A DNA stretch of 64,000 nucleotides from Octopus vulgaris (taxonomy: Eukaryota): contig OX597818.1 of NCBI GenBank assembly GCA_951406725.2, forward strand, positions 94,984,001 through 95,048,000, written 5' to 3'. Shown in pieces: positions 38,724-50,302 of this stretch. Under the pieces are notes generated by a model, which was not told the origin of the DNA, did no database searches, and was given only the letters and a program-made list of their open reading frames with translations. Numbering within the stretch: position 1 is the stretch's first letter; each line of letters opens with the position of its first letter. The position numbers and the translations under genes were made by a program.

Positions 38724-41560
38724 CTTAGATTGGTTTGGGCCACTATCAGCCCAGGCCATGACTAACTCAATAGCACCACCTGGAAATGTCTTTTGGTTTA
38801 TTATTTTGGGACATCATGGGCCACTCAAGCAGAAAGTTGTTGTTGGTTGAGACATATCAAGGTGTAAGTGGTTTATATGGTATTTCCTGGAGGAATTTGT
38901 CCAGGTACCATTTGAAAGTTGTGGGTGCTTTTTCATCTTCAAATTCTTTTGGGATAACATTAGAAAGAGCAGGACCATTTGCAGTGAAGAAATTGTGTCA
39001 CAATGTTCTTATGTGATGTGATCTTGACCTTTGTAGGGGACGCATTGCACAGGGGCCTATTCTTGGGTGAATTGCAAATATAATACTAATATCATTTGGA
39101 TAATATTGGTAGAATATTTTCCACATGATGCAAATAATGTATTGCTCATGGCGGCATTGCAGAGAATAGTTTCAGCTGTTTAAGTTGAGCCCAATAATGA
39201 AGTCCCATCAGGCCATTTATTTTTTTAGTGATTGATCTTTGTGGTGCTTCAATCTTTATTATGTCCTTTTTTTTTTTTGTAGGGGGACCACAATGAGCAG
39301 CAATATTCGAGGTGAGACATTGCAAATGTGGAGAAGAGAAGGATGATGGCTTCATGATCTATCCATGAGCACATTCTGCGAGCAACATCGACTTTTTTGT
39401 TGATGTGTACACTTCAGCTAAAGTTGCTGTCAACAGTTACACCTAAGTCTCTGATATTATTTGACGGTTCAAGTAGTTCCCCCAACAGTAGTGTATATGG
39501 TTGTTTGAGTGTGTCCTCTTTTCCAAAGTAGATGAGCTCAAATTTATATTCGTTCAAATGCATATTGTTTCTTTGTGCCCACTGGGTTACTTCACATAGG
39601 TCCAATTGAAGCATCGTTCGATCATGTACTCCCTTAATGATTTTCTGGAGCTTAGAGACATCTGCAAATATCTTAATAGTGCTATGTTCAGTGGAATCTG
39701 CAATGTCATTGATATAGACAATAAAAAGAAGTGGACTCAGCACAGTACCCTGTGGGACTCCACTGATGACTTTTGCTAGTCTTGATGGATGCCATCAACC
39801 ACAACATGCTGGGTCCTGTTTGTTTGGAAATACCTAATCCATTGAAGTAGCTTTTCACTGACTCCAGCATTGGATAGTTTCCTTAACAGTATATTGTGGC
39901 TGACTCTGTCAAAGGCCTTGCTGAAATCAAGGTATATGACATCCATGTTGACATCCACTTAGTGCATTTAAGATGTCATCAAAATAGTGGAGGAGCTGTG
40001 ATAGACAGTCCCTCCCACCACGAAAGCCATGCTGGTTGCAATTTAGATGATTTTGTTCTAGAAAGGCTATTATTCTTGATCTCAACACTCTCTCAAATAC
40101 TTTGATGATATGTGAGGTGAGTGAGATTGAACAGTAGTTTACTGGGAGTGATTTATTCTCTTTTTTAAAGATATGAATGACTGACTGGGAGAGAAGGTTT
40201 TGAGAGATAAAACTGACATACAGTGATTTCCTCCAGAGATTTGCAAGAGAAGCTGCAAGTTGCTGTCTGCATTCCTTCAGCACTCTAGCAGGGAACCTGT
40301 CAGGACCCACTGCTGAATCGGGTTTGATTTTTTTTATTGCTGCTAGGATATCAGTGGCATTGAAGGTTATGTTGGAAAGGACAATGCTGAAGATTCAAAG
40401 AAGCAAAGCTGCTTCAGTCATCTGAATCAGGGTCATTGAAAGCAGAGCAGTATTGACTTTGCAGGATCTCAGCCATATCTATGGCATTACTGTGAAGGAT
40501 GCCATTTCCATCAACTAGTGGGCCGATAGAGGAAACTGGTCCTATGTGTTTTTTTGCAAAGGAGTAAAAGACCTTAGGATTATTCTTGATGTTTTTAATA
40601 GCCCAGGCTTCCTCTGTAGCTCTTTGGTCATTCACAAGAGTCCTCCTACAGTCCTGGAGTTGTTGCTTCTTTGATTCCAAGGTAGTTATACTCAAATAGT
40701 TGCCATGCGTTTGTGTTTGTTGTGGTATTAGAAGAAGCAAGGGTGAAGGACCAGACCACTTGCGATAAGTCTTGAGTGATCCCACTCCAGTTTGACTTGT
40801 GTAAATTCATATTATCAAATGGGTGCACAGGAGTTTGTGATTTATCCCAAATTTTTGGATGCTGAAGATTGAGGTTACAGAGTACTATGTCATGATTGGA
40901 CAGGAGTTTTTTTTCTACTGTGATGCTATGAATAGTGTTAGCATGGTTGCTTAGCACTAGGTCCAGGACACTTTGATTGTTTCTGGTTGGTTCATGGACG
41001 AGTTGTGACAGGAAAAATTTATCAACAATTTTAAAAGTAACTCTACTGTAGCTTTGTCTGAGCTTGAGGTGAAGGTTCTTGGTCTAACAATATTAGTGGA
41101 CCAATCTACAGAATATTTCATCAGAATATTTCATGGGTTACATTGCAGGAGGAAAGATTTGATCTTCCCGAGGCACTCTTGGAAATAATGTAAGGGTGCT
41201 TGTGGGGGTCTGTAGAGCCCAATCACAGACAGGTCTTTAACCTTGTTGTGAACAGAGACTGATTCACAACAGCCATTGGAGAAAATGTCCTTGGCATCAG
41301 TGCTGAAAATAGGAAAATAGCAGCTTCACCCTTTCTTTGGCCTGCCTGATCAGCGCGAATGGCAGTGAAGTCTCTGATTTTCAGTTCAGCCTCTAAATGA
41401 CAGTCATTTAGGTGGGTCCCAATTAGGACAAAGAAAGGAATTGGATGTGAGTGTGCTGCAATCCATCTCTCAATGCAGGGTATTTTCCATTTTTGAGCTG
41501 GGTTGATACCTTGGACATTAAGGGAGGAATGTCATTGTTAAGGCAGCAGCTTCGTTGCAT
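38722..41560 (-). mobile_element. Decayed CR1-clade LINE (APE endonuclease + RT), many frameshifts
   Basis: LNVQGINP (APE start), [53 protein letters not shown], and C-terminal FKWYLDKFLQEIP..P. Confidence 0.9.
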
Positions 41561-41689
41561 TTCTTCAGGATCCACACATCATGTTTGTTGTTGTTGTTGT
41601 TACTCAGTGGCAGTAGCAATATATATATAGGGAGAGTTTACGAAAAAACAAAAGATGAAGACAGGTGGTGTACAAAACAAACAGATGTA

Positions 41690-41775
41690 TTAGTATAACG
41701 CTCAGGAATAGAAAAAGTCTTTTACGTTTCGAGCCTATGCTCTTCTACAGAAAGGGACACAGAAAAAACAAGGAG
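41690..41775 (-). mobile_element. Short PLE-like terminal fragment with a variant hammerhead-like motif
   Basis: Minus strand: cuuu CUGUAGA-A GAGC-AUAG-GCUC GAAAC GUA aaag (41716-41756); A6 replaced by U. Confidence 0.4.
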
Positions 41776-42970
41776 AGAAAAAAAATGTGTGTAGTGGCTA
41801 TTGATCTGTCATGGTGACTGATATATATATATACACACACACACACATGTATATATACACACACATACATATATAATGTAGGCATGGCAGTGTAGTTAAG
41901 AATTTTCCTTCCAAACCACAGTTTTCAAATCAGTTAATTTTATTTTGTAGCATTATGATATATTATCAAGTATCATAAATTATGTTGTACATCTACAACC
42001 ACATCACAAACACTATTCTTCTGTGTCACTTGGAGAGTAATTTCTGGCCAGTTTTTACAAGCCATGAGGGAGAATTGTTTGTCTGTTTCATTTTTCTTTT
42101 TAATTTAAATTACTTTTTAATAGTTTTCAATTCTTTAAATTCTTCTATTCCTAACTCTCAAAGGACTTAATGACTTTGTATGTCATATTATATATAGTCA
42201 TTCTTTAGCAATGTCCACTGGCCTTTGGTCTTGCATGGGGTGGGATGGGAACTAATGGAAACAAGGGTGAGGAGGTACAATGATAGAACAGACTGGTATG
42301 TGGAATCTGTTTTTTTCTTTTGTCTATGTGTGTGTGTGTGTGTTTGCTTCTGAAGTTGTTACTTTGCTTCAGGTCAGTTCTGATCAAAATGATCTATGAT
42401 AAAAAGACATTCTAGCTATGACCACCTCATCAATTTTGTCAAGCACAAATGTATATATGTGTGTACTAATATATATATACTGTTTATTCTAATAAAGGTC
42501 TCTCTCTCCCCCTCTGTCTCTTTTTCTCTCTCTTGTTGCTCACACGTGACCATCTTTCTTTCCTGCACGGATGTTCTAAGGATTGGATGTCTCCTATCTC
42601 TCCCTTCTATCTTTTCTCTTTCCAAAGAAAATATTTCTCTCAGCATTCTCTATTTTCCCCTTGTTCAGGTCTAACAACCCTCCATGCTTGTTTTCATTCG
42701 GTTTCCTTGTATGTCTCCACTGTCCTGCTTTTGTTCCTAACTTTGACCCTCTATTAATCCATAATTTTATTTTGGTATTTCTGGGAGCAACTATCTTTGA
42801 AGACTCATATTGTCATTGATTTCTCAAAATGGGGAGTAGATAGACAGCCAACAATTGATGAAGGGTCATTGTATCACTTGTCCTTTTTTCTCTCTCATTA
42901 TTTGCATATTTAACTCATTTGTTTTCGTATTTCACATTGCTTACTGCTGGTGATGTCCTGTACCCATATA

Positions 42971-43007
<37 letters not shown>

Positions 43008-43017
43008 CACATACATA

Positions 43018-43831
43018 TGAGGTAGTATAATAAAGTTCTTGGACTAGCTCTGTAGTGTGCCAACAGATGGCAATATATAATTGTGTGCACAATGAGAGCG
43101 AGCAGTGACCTTTGTTAGATAGTTTGTGAAACTTGTGTCTTTGTAATTATATATATGCTGTAGTCTGCAATTATGTCATGGACAGGAACAAAGAGCCAAT
43201 GTGAAACTTTGCGTTAAACTTGAGAAGTCTGCTACAAAGACAGTGAGCATGCTCGGCAAGCTTACTGTGATGAGGTAATAGGTCATACACAATGTTTTGA
43301 GTGGCATGGCCACTTCAAAAACGGAAGAATGTCCATGGAAAATGATGAGTGATCTGGCAGACCTGGCATGAGCATCATCACCAGAAACGTGGTATTGTGT
43401 ATTGAGAATTCGTCCCTCAGGGCCAGACTCTCGATCAAAAGTTCTACTGCGAATTTTTGAAGCATTTGAGGGAAGAAAGTGATCGGATCTGTGAAGCACA
43501 AAGAATTGGATTCTTCTCTGAGCTCTCCTCACTTGTTTCTCTCTAAAAACATGTCACTTCTGCACCAACCCTTTTTGCCAGATATAGCAACTGTGAACTT
43601 CCATCTCTTCCCCAAGATGAAAATGCAGCGCAAAGATTGCCGTTTCAACACAATTGTCAAGATCCAGTGCAAATTGCAGAAAGTCCTCGACTCACTTATG
43701 GAAAACAACTTCCAGGCTGGATTCCAAAAGTGGTAGTAATGCTCGGATTGGTGTAGTGCTGTGCAAGGTGATTATTTTGAAGGAGATGATGTTAAAACTT
43801 AGGTAAATAAGATTTTTTTTATACCACCTCA
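43018..43831 (+). mobile_element. Internally deleted mariner
   Basis: TIR tgaggt(a/g)gtata.. with TA flanks; EQRANVKLCVKL..FEWH..FKNGR..SGRP and ..FHLFPKMK..RF remnants. Confidence 0.85.
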
Positions 43832-43837
43832 TATATA

Positions 43838-45055
43838 TTGGGTCATCCCATAAATAATGCAGTTTTTGCAATTGCATGAACTAAAAGTTGGAAGGGAATG
43901 GGATAAACTACCTGTATCGACTTGCTATAAAAGCAGATAGTATTTTCATCTTGTTCTTATTCTTCATGCAAGTTTTGAAGAGTGAATTTCAATTTCAAGT
44001 TATTTACTCAAAGCTATAATGGAAGTGACAAAGGAACATCGGCATATTTAGCTTTATGAGTGGAAAAAAAGGCAACATCTCAATGGAAAGTGTGAGGAAT
44101 ATTAATGCAGTATATAGGGATTGGACAACAAGTGTAAGTCAGTGTCAATGGTGGTTCCAGAAATTCCAAGCCAGAAACTGCAATCTAGAAGACAAGCCTC
44201 ATCCTGGAAGATCTGTAGAGCTTGACAAGGATGTCCTGCAAACCCTGGTGGAACATAATCTCATCATAACTGTTGAGAAACTAGCAGAAAAGCTTGAATT
44301 TGGTCATTCAACCATTCATCAACACCTGCATGCCATTGGAAAAGTCAGCAAATTGGGTCAATGGGTTCCTCATAAACTTTCTGAGTCTAATCACATGCAG
44401 AGAATGAATGTATGCTCTTCTTTGCTGTCATGTCTCACAAATGAACCTTTTTAGGACCAAGTAGTGACTGGTGATGAGAAATGGGTTCTCTATGAAAATG
44501 TCAAGTACCAAAGACACTGGGTAGGGAAAAGGAGAAACACCGGTACCCCAGGCTAAAGAAGGTCTTCACCTACATGTGTTGTTATTTGTTTGTTGGGATA
44601 TGAAAGGTTTAGTCCACTTTGAACTTTTAAAACCAAACCAAATGATAACAAAGACCTACTGTGAACACCTTAAGTCACTGCTAGAAGGAAAATGACCATC
44701 ATTGGTTTCAAGACGAAAGGTGTTCTTCCATTAGGATAATGCTTGGCCACATACAGCAAGGCCGACATTCCAAAAGCTGGAACAGTTTGAATGGGAATCA
44801 TTTATTCCGCACTTTTCAAAATCATTTGGATGGAAAAAATATGAATTCTGTAGACGAGGTCAGAACAATACTCGAGGAGTATTTTTCATCACAGACAAGT
44901 GAATTTTGGAAGAGGGGCCTTACAAGTCTACCAGATAGATGGAAGAGCATTGTAGAAAATGAAGGTGAGTATATTTTAGATTAAAAAAGAACTTTATCGT
45001 AATTTTGAAAAATAAAAGAAGTATAAAAAAATGCATTATTTATGGGATCACCCTA
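43838..45055 (+). mobile_element. Near full-length decayed mariner (1218 bp)
   Basis: ~30-bp TIRs gggt(c/g)atcccataaataatgca; transposase at ~44026-44984 with WVPHKL, VTGDEKW and DNAWPH, plus stops and a deletion. Confidence 0.92.
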
Positions 45056-45067
45056 TATATATATATA

Positions 45068-45318
45068 CTGGCGTCCGTATCGGTGACATGTAAAGGCACC
45101 AACTGATCGTAGCCGTTTGCCAGCCTCCTCTGGCCCCTGTGCCAGTGGCACGTAAAAAGCACCCACTACACTCACGGAGTGGTTGGCGCTAAGAAGGGCA
45201 TCCAGCTGTAGAAACTCTGCCATATCAGACTGGAGCCTGGTGCAGCCTCCTGGCTTCCCAGACCCCAGTCGAACCATCCAACCCATGCAAGCATGGAAAA
45301 CAGATGTTAAATGATGAT
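45068..45318 (+). mobile_element. RTE 3' UTR-derived or SINE copy
   Basis: Same family as 9364-9754. Confidence 0.75.
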
Positions 45319-46265
45319 ATATATATATGCTAGCATGCAAATGGACATTAAATAATAATGATGATGATATATAATATATATATATATACAAGGTGGAAAA
45401 ATAGTACTTGAATACTAATATGCTTTTTATTTATATCAAATCATATATTACATGTACCATCACAATTTTATTCCAGTCTTGATCACAGCTGTCCGACAAA
45501 TGAGAACACGAAACTCAGAGTAACAGTTTTTGTTATGTTTTTGCAGCTTTGATAAAAATAAAGTATATATATGTGTGTGTGTGTGTAGCTAGATTAAATA
45601 GATAGATAGACAGACAGACAGATAGATACATCAGCTGAGGCACAACCTGAAATGTAAGAACTACTAAAATTTGTGATGGACATGATAAAATGCATCTTGT
45701 CTGCAACTGCTTGAAGAAGGCCACAAATGTAGTAACACTTGTCAAACACACAACTATTTGTTGCCAATTCATATCTGTTCGTTGAAATATTTCTATTTCA
45801 CTGGTCCTCACACACTGAAGTCAACAAAACTGCTGAAACTACAGGACTTTTGTTTATCAGAGAACATAAATAGCACTTTTTCTCACGTAATACATGCATA
45901 CATGCATGAGTACATATATAAATATACGTGTATAGATATGTGACTTATTCAGCTCCTGATCAAGCAGATCTATGATCAAAGATGTTCCAGCCATGCCTAT
46001 TCTGTTCTTTTTTTTTAAACTTAGGGTATATTAGATCACATTTTCCTATGTATTGCTTTCTAAGAGAGTATGATATTATTTAAAAGAAATTTGGTTTCTA
46101 TGTATAACACATCAAGTGACCACATAAAAGGCTCCTTTGTTGGATTATGAGGTGTGGAATGTTCTTTCTGAATTAAAAAAAAAAATTATTTAAAAGACAG
46201 TCAAAAGAAGAGCAGTAATCCTGATCTTTTCTTTTTTTTTTCAGGGCCTCTGAAACTGACGAGAA

Positions 46266-46457
46266 GTCATAAATTAGATCTGAGGTTTGGCATGAATGCT
46301 TTTAATAAAGCCTGTTAAAAGCATTCATGCCAAACCTAAGTGATTACTTATATTTATGACATTGTAGGGTAAGTGAGAGGCTAGATCTGGCCAGTTTGAA
46401 CATAAAACAGGTAGAATATTTTAGCCAGATACGGCTGGATTAAATGCTAAAGGGTTA
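46266..46457. mobile_element. MITE-like fragment with a strong internal hairpin, ending aaatgctaaagggTTAA
   Basis: Hairpin aggtttgggcatgaatgcttttaa / ttaaaagcattcatgccaaacct with outer gtcataaat/atttatgac. Confidence 0.45.
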
Positions 46458-46639
46458 AAAACTAGCTTTAAAGAAGGCTCTTTAAAAAATTCCTATTTTC
46501 TTTTTCACACATTCACTCATATAGATTTGCAACAGCACTCTCTAAAAGAACATGTTTCAGTGGCTGGAAATATGTTAAGCTATAAAGAACATGAGAGACA
46601 GAAACCTAACTGTTTATTGCAATATTATTTATTTTTATG

Positions 46640-46937
46640 TGCCCTTTTCAAGCCTAACCAGGCTCATGGGCCCGGTTTCCCAGTTTCCATGGCGTATGTG
46701 TTCCCCCCAGCTGGACGGGATGCCAGTCCATCGCAGCGTTACTCAAGAAACAGGAAGAGTGAGAGAAAGTTGGGGTGAAAGAGTACCACAGGGGTCACCA
46801 CCATCCCCTGCTGGAGCCTTGTGGAGCTTTAGGTGTTTTTGCTCAATAAACACACACAACGCCCGGTCTGGGAATCAAAACCGCAATCCTCCGACCACAA
46901 GTCCGCTGCTTTAACCACTGGGCCATTGCACGTCCAC
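46640..46937 (-). mobile_element. tRNA(Arg)-like SINE (OR1-type)
   Basis: Reverse complement of the 2310-2590 family. Confidence 0.8.
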
Positions 46938-47600
46938 CATTTATTGCAATAGACACATCAAAAGCAAGCTTTTTTTCCTGGACCCTTAAGATACTACTGT
47001 GGATCCTCAATTTATTATTTTGTTTGTGTGGACACCCAAGGGTCATGGGGACACTGTTTGAGAACCACTGATGTAAAACAACTGTGTAGAGGCTCTCTCT
47101 GCATTATGTAGTGATGAAAAACATTGTGTGAAGTGTGGGGATGTGAAATATAATGTTTAGTGTGTGAAACTCAGTAGTGAGATGCACAGAGTGTGTTGCA
47201 TACAGCATGGTACTGTAGTGTGACGGTTAGTACTGTGGTTTTAGACGTGGTGTGTGATGTAGTGTTTGCATAGACGAGCAGAGTTGTATATAGTAAGACA
47301 TGGGGTGGAGTAAAATGTGGTTTAAGATGATGTGATGTGTGATCACTCTTAACCTTCACCCCTAGGTAGAATATGCTTCACCAAAGAGGGATTAATAAGT
47401 GTAAAACATGCTTATAGCTTTCATCAGTTCCTTTGAATGATCATATCTATTCTAAACTGCATCGTCTATATTTTCAAAAAGAAAAACTTTATCCACTGAT
47501 CGTATTGGATCTCATTGAGCGTTAAAAAAACAAACAAAAAAAAAACTTTATTTTTCTTTTAAACACTCCTTGACAACTTCTTTGTCTCAGTTGATTTGTA

Positions 47601-48026
47601 GGAAGCTGAAGTTCCCTACTGGCTCTTCTGATCGATTTACGGGGGCTCCGCTCGAAGGCAGTTCGAACTCGCTCAACTGTATCACCTGAAGTTGAGGGGT
47701 GTCCCGTTCTATTAGCTGGTCACAAATACCCATCCTTACCATGCCATCTCATTATGGACTTCCTTTCTGGTGCTTCTTTACGGAATTTTGTGCGAAATGC
47801 ACGTTGAACAAGTGTCCATGATTCAGTTTTTGCAAATTTAAGGACGCAAAACGCCTTTTCTGGTTGAGTGAAGGCCATTACTGGATCTGAAAAAATCATT
47901 AGCATTACAGAAAAAAAAAAACTTAATGAATTTGGTTTTAAAATGGTACCAGTTTCATCTCACTACAAATCATAGTCCAGCAGATATGAGGACTTGAAAT
48001 GTTCCCAAGACTTCTGGAATACCCTG
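47601..48026 (-). mobile_element. 5' part of a maT/DD37D mariner-like element
   Basis: TA|cagggtattccagaag end; MAFTQPEKAFCVLKFAKTESWTLVQRAFR..RKSIMRW..VERVRTAFERSPRKSIRRASRELQLP. Confidence 0.8.
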
Positions 48027-48409
48027 TATTTTACGAATGTGAGATCCGACTGTAATAGTGTTGTGTGTGCATGTGGGTTCTGGTGTGTAGTGACATTGAT
48101 TTGTTGGCTCGTGTGGTGTAACTACTCAAGGAACGAGAATCTTGATAACACCCTCAAACAGGGGCGTTACAACATAATCTCAACTTAGATACAATCACTG
48201 AACTCATAAAGAAAACAATCTTCTGCTTCAACCGTCAACAGATGAATAAATAATAGACATCAGAATCTCGAAGTTGCGACAAATGTGAGGCCTCACAATG
48301 TTTGATGATCTCTCATAGATATTATATACATATAACAGAAAATTTGCATCGACAAGTTTAGCTCCCTCTTCAGAGCCAGGAAATACTTAAGCTTCAATAA
48401 ATTGCTCAC

Positions 48410-48780
48410 CCTTCACAGATCTCAAATAAAACGCCATAAAACTTTAATGAAATATCAATTCCACATATCCGAACGAAGTTAGGTGTGATTGGCAAAGATT
48501 CACTCATCGTCTTACGACAACATCCACATCGAAGATGTGATGATTGCTTTTTCTGTGATTACTTATTGCTTACAACAGCGCTGCTCCTAGAACTAGATAG
48601 TTGCATACCATTTACATCAAGTCCACCTGTCTTTACTTTTCCCTCTCATCACTCCTTGTTTCGCATTTTTAGGCTTCCAATGAACCACTCCACCAACCCC
48701 ATCTAACATAGCCTTAATCATCGCCCACTTATTTATTTTACTGACAGATGTTCAAATTGAACATAATCATATCGATCTCA
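48410..48780 (-). other. Possible non-coding first exon of a divergently transcribed gene
   Basis: Non-repetitive CpG-containing sequence; donor-like gaagg|gtgagc at 48410/48409; GC box ccccgccc near 48817-48824. Start not determinable. Confidence 0.25.
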
Positions 48781-49999
48781 ACAACAACGACGGGCTAGCG
48801 AACATTATGCGCTTTGCCCCCGCCCTCTGACTCACCTATACTTATATAACGCATGTGTATAGACTAGTCTCTTTCGCTGACATACACATTCTCTCTCACT
48901 CTTTGTTTTTATGTAAAGTTATATATAAAACAGTTAAACGTTATTATATTAAAGGATCACTAAACACTTTTTTGTAGAGTACCCTTTTTGTTTATTCTCT
49001 TTCTAAGAGTAGATTAAAGTGACTTCGAAATTTCGGTTAAGAGTTTGATGACGGCTAGTAAACCACAAAACTTCTAAATAACTGTCAACCTTTTACTTGT
49101 AAAATTTAATATATATATATATATTTAACATCATTATATATAAATTCGTTATTAGCGAATACGAATAACAATGGATCCTAGTCGGTTTCAGTGATTAGCA
49201 GTTAGCAGTTCGATTAACTAAATTACCGGGTCATTAAATTAGTGTAAGTGGCTGAATATTCCACAAACACATGTAGTCTTAACGTGATCCTCAGCTAGAT
49301 TCAAACGTGACATTGTGTACTTTTGAATTACAGGTACAATGTAACCGACGAATTTCCGTTTAAGGATTGCGCTCACAATGCTTGGATTGTCCCGTGGCTA
49401 AAACACTAGCTTAAGATGTCACGTAGTGGGATCGAACCCAAGAGCTAGTGATTGTGTCGTTAATTATGTATGTAACACACATATAGTGCTCACACACATA
49501 CAAATATGTAGTGTGCATGTGTGTAAGGAGGTATGTATACACGTGTGAATGACATGAATGTTTTTATCTACACGTACGTATAAGTTTGTGAATGAGTGCA
49601 TGTGGTGGTGGGGGGGTACACACAAATACATGAATATATGCGTTGGGTGTGAGTGTGAGTGTATATGCGTCTTTTTGTGTGTACCTGTGTAGTATGTACT
49701 CATACATATAAAGACATTTATATGCATATTCATGTATATGTATATGAATGATAGCGTGTATAATCTTTTGTACCTTAGCGTATTATATGCAATAGCGCGT
49801 GTGTATGCGTAAACACACATGTGTGTGTGTATATTTTGTGTACTATTATATGCTAGTCAACGTATGCCGTCTGTGTGTAAGTATTTATATCTATTAACGA
49901 ATGTAGAAATGTGTGTACCTCTGTCTATGTATGTACAGTCCCTGCTCACGCGTTACGCCAGATCACACCATATAGCACTGGCTGCTCTCACCTCAGCAG

Positions 50000-50120
50000 C
50001 TCGACCAATGGGGAGCAGCGAAGCAAGAGGTCAGTGATGACTACTTCCGGGTTAATTCGCTCCCTTCATGGCTTTACTTCATGCTTTCTATTCAGCTGTT
50101 TGGAGTGGCGCGAAAAAAAA
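50000..50120 (+). promoter_or_regulatory. Candidate TATA-less Pol II promoter
   Basis: CCAAT at 50005-50009, ETS-type ACTTCCGG at 50043-50050 and E2F-type GGCGCGAAA at 50107-50115, within a CpG-richer region upstream of a candidate exon. Confidence 0.55.
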
Positions 50121-50217
50121 GTAAATAAATAACAACAAAAACAATAATAATAATAATCGCAGAAACTATATTGGAGTAAGCAACCCGTTGCTTTTTGGAC
50201 CCTCTTTTGTCTGTGGA

Positions 50218-50302
50218 ATGTGCTGTCGCGATGGCAGAAAAACATGTCCTTGGAACGGTCTGCTTTGGTTCTGTCGGCTGTGGGGACTTATTACTGCTGC
50301 CG
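50218..50302 (+). CDS. Candidate first coding exon encoding a signal-peptide-like N-terminus (protein unidentified)
   Basis: ATG at 50218 gives MCCRDGRKTCPWNGLLWFCRLWGLITAA, then a phase-1 donor G|GTAAGT at 50302/50303. Two other ATGs (other frames) also reach this donor. Confidence 0.5.
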
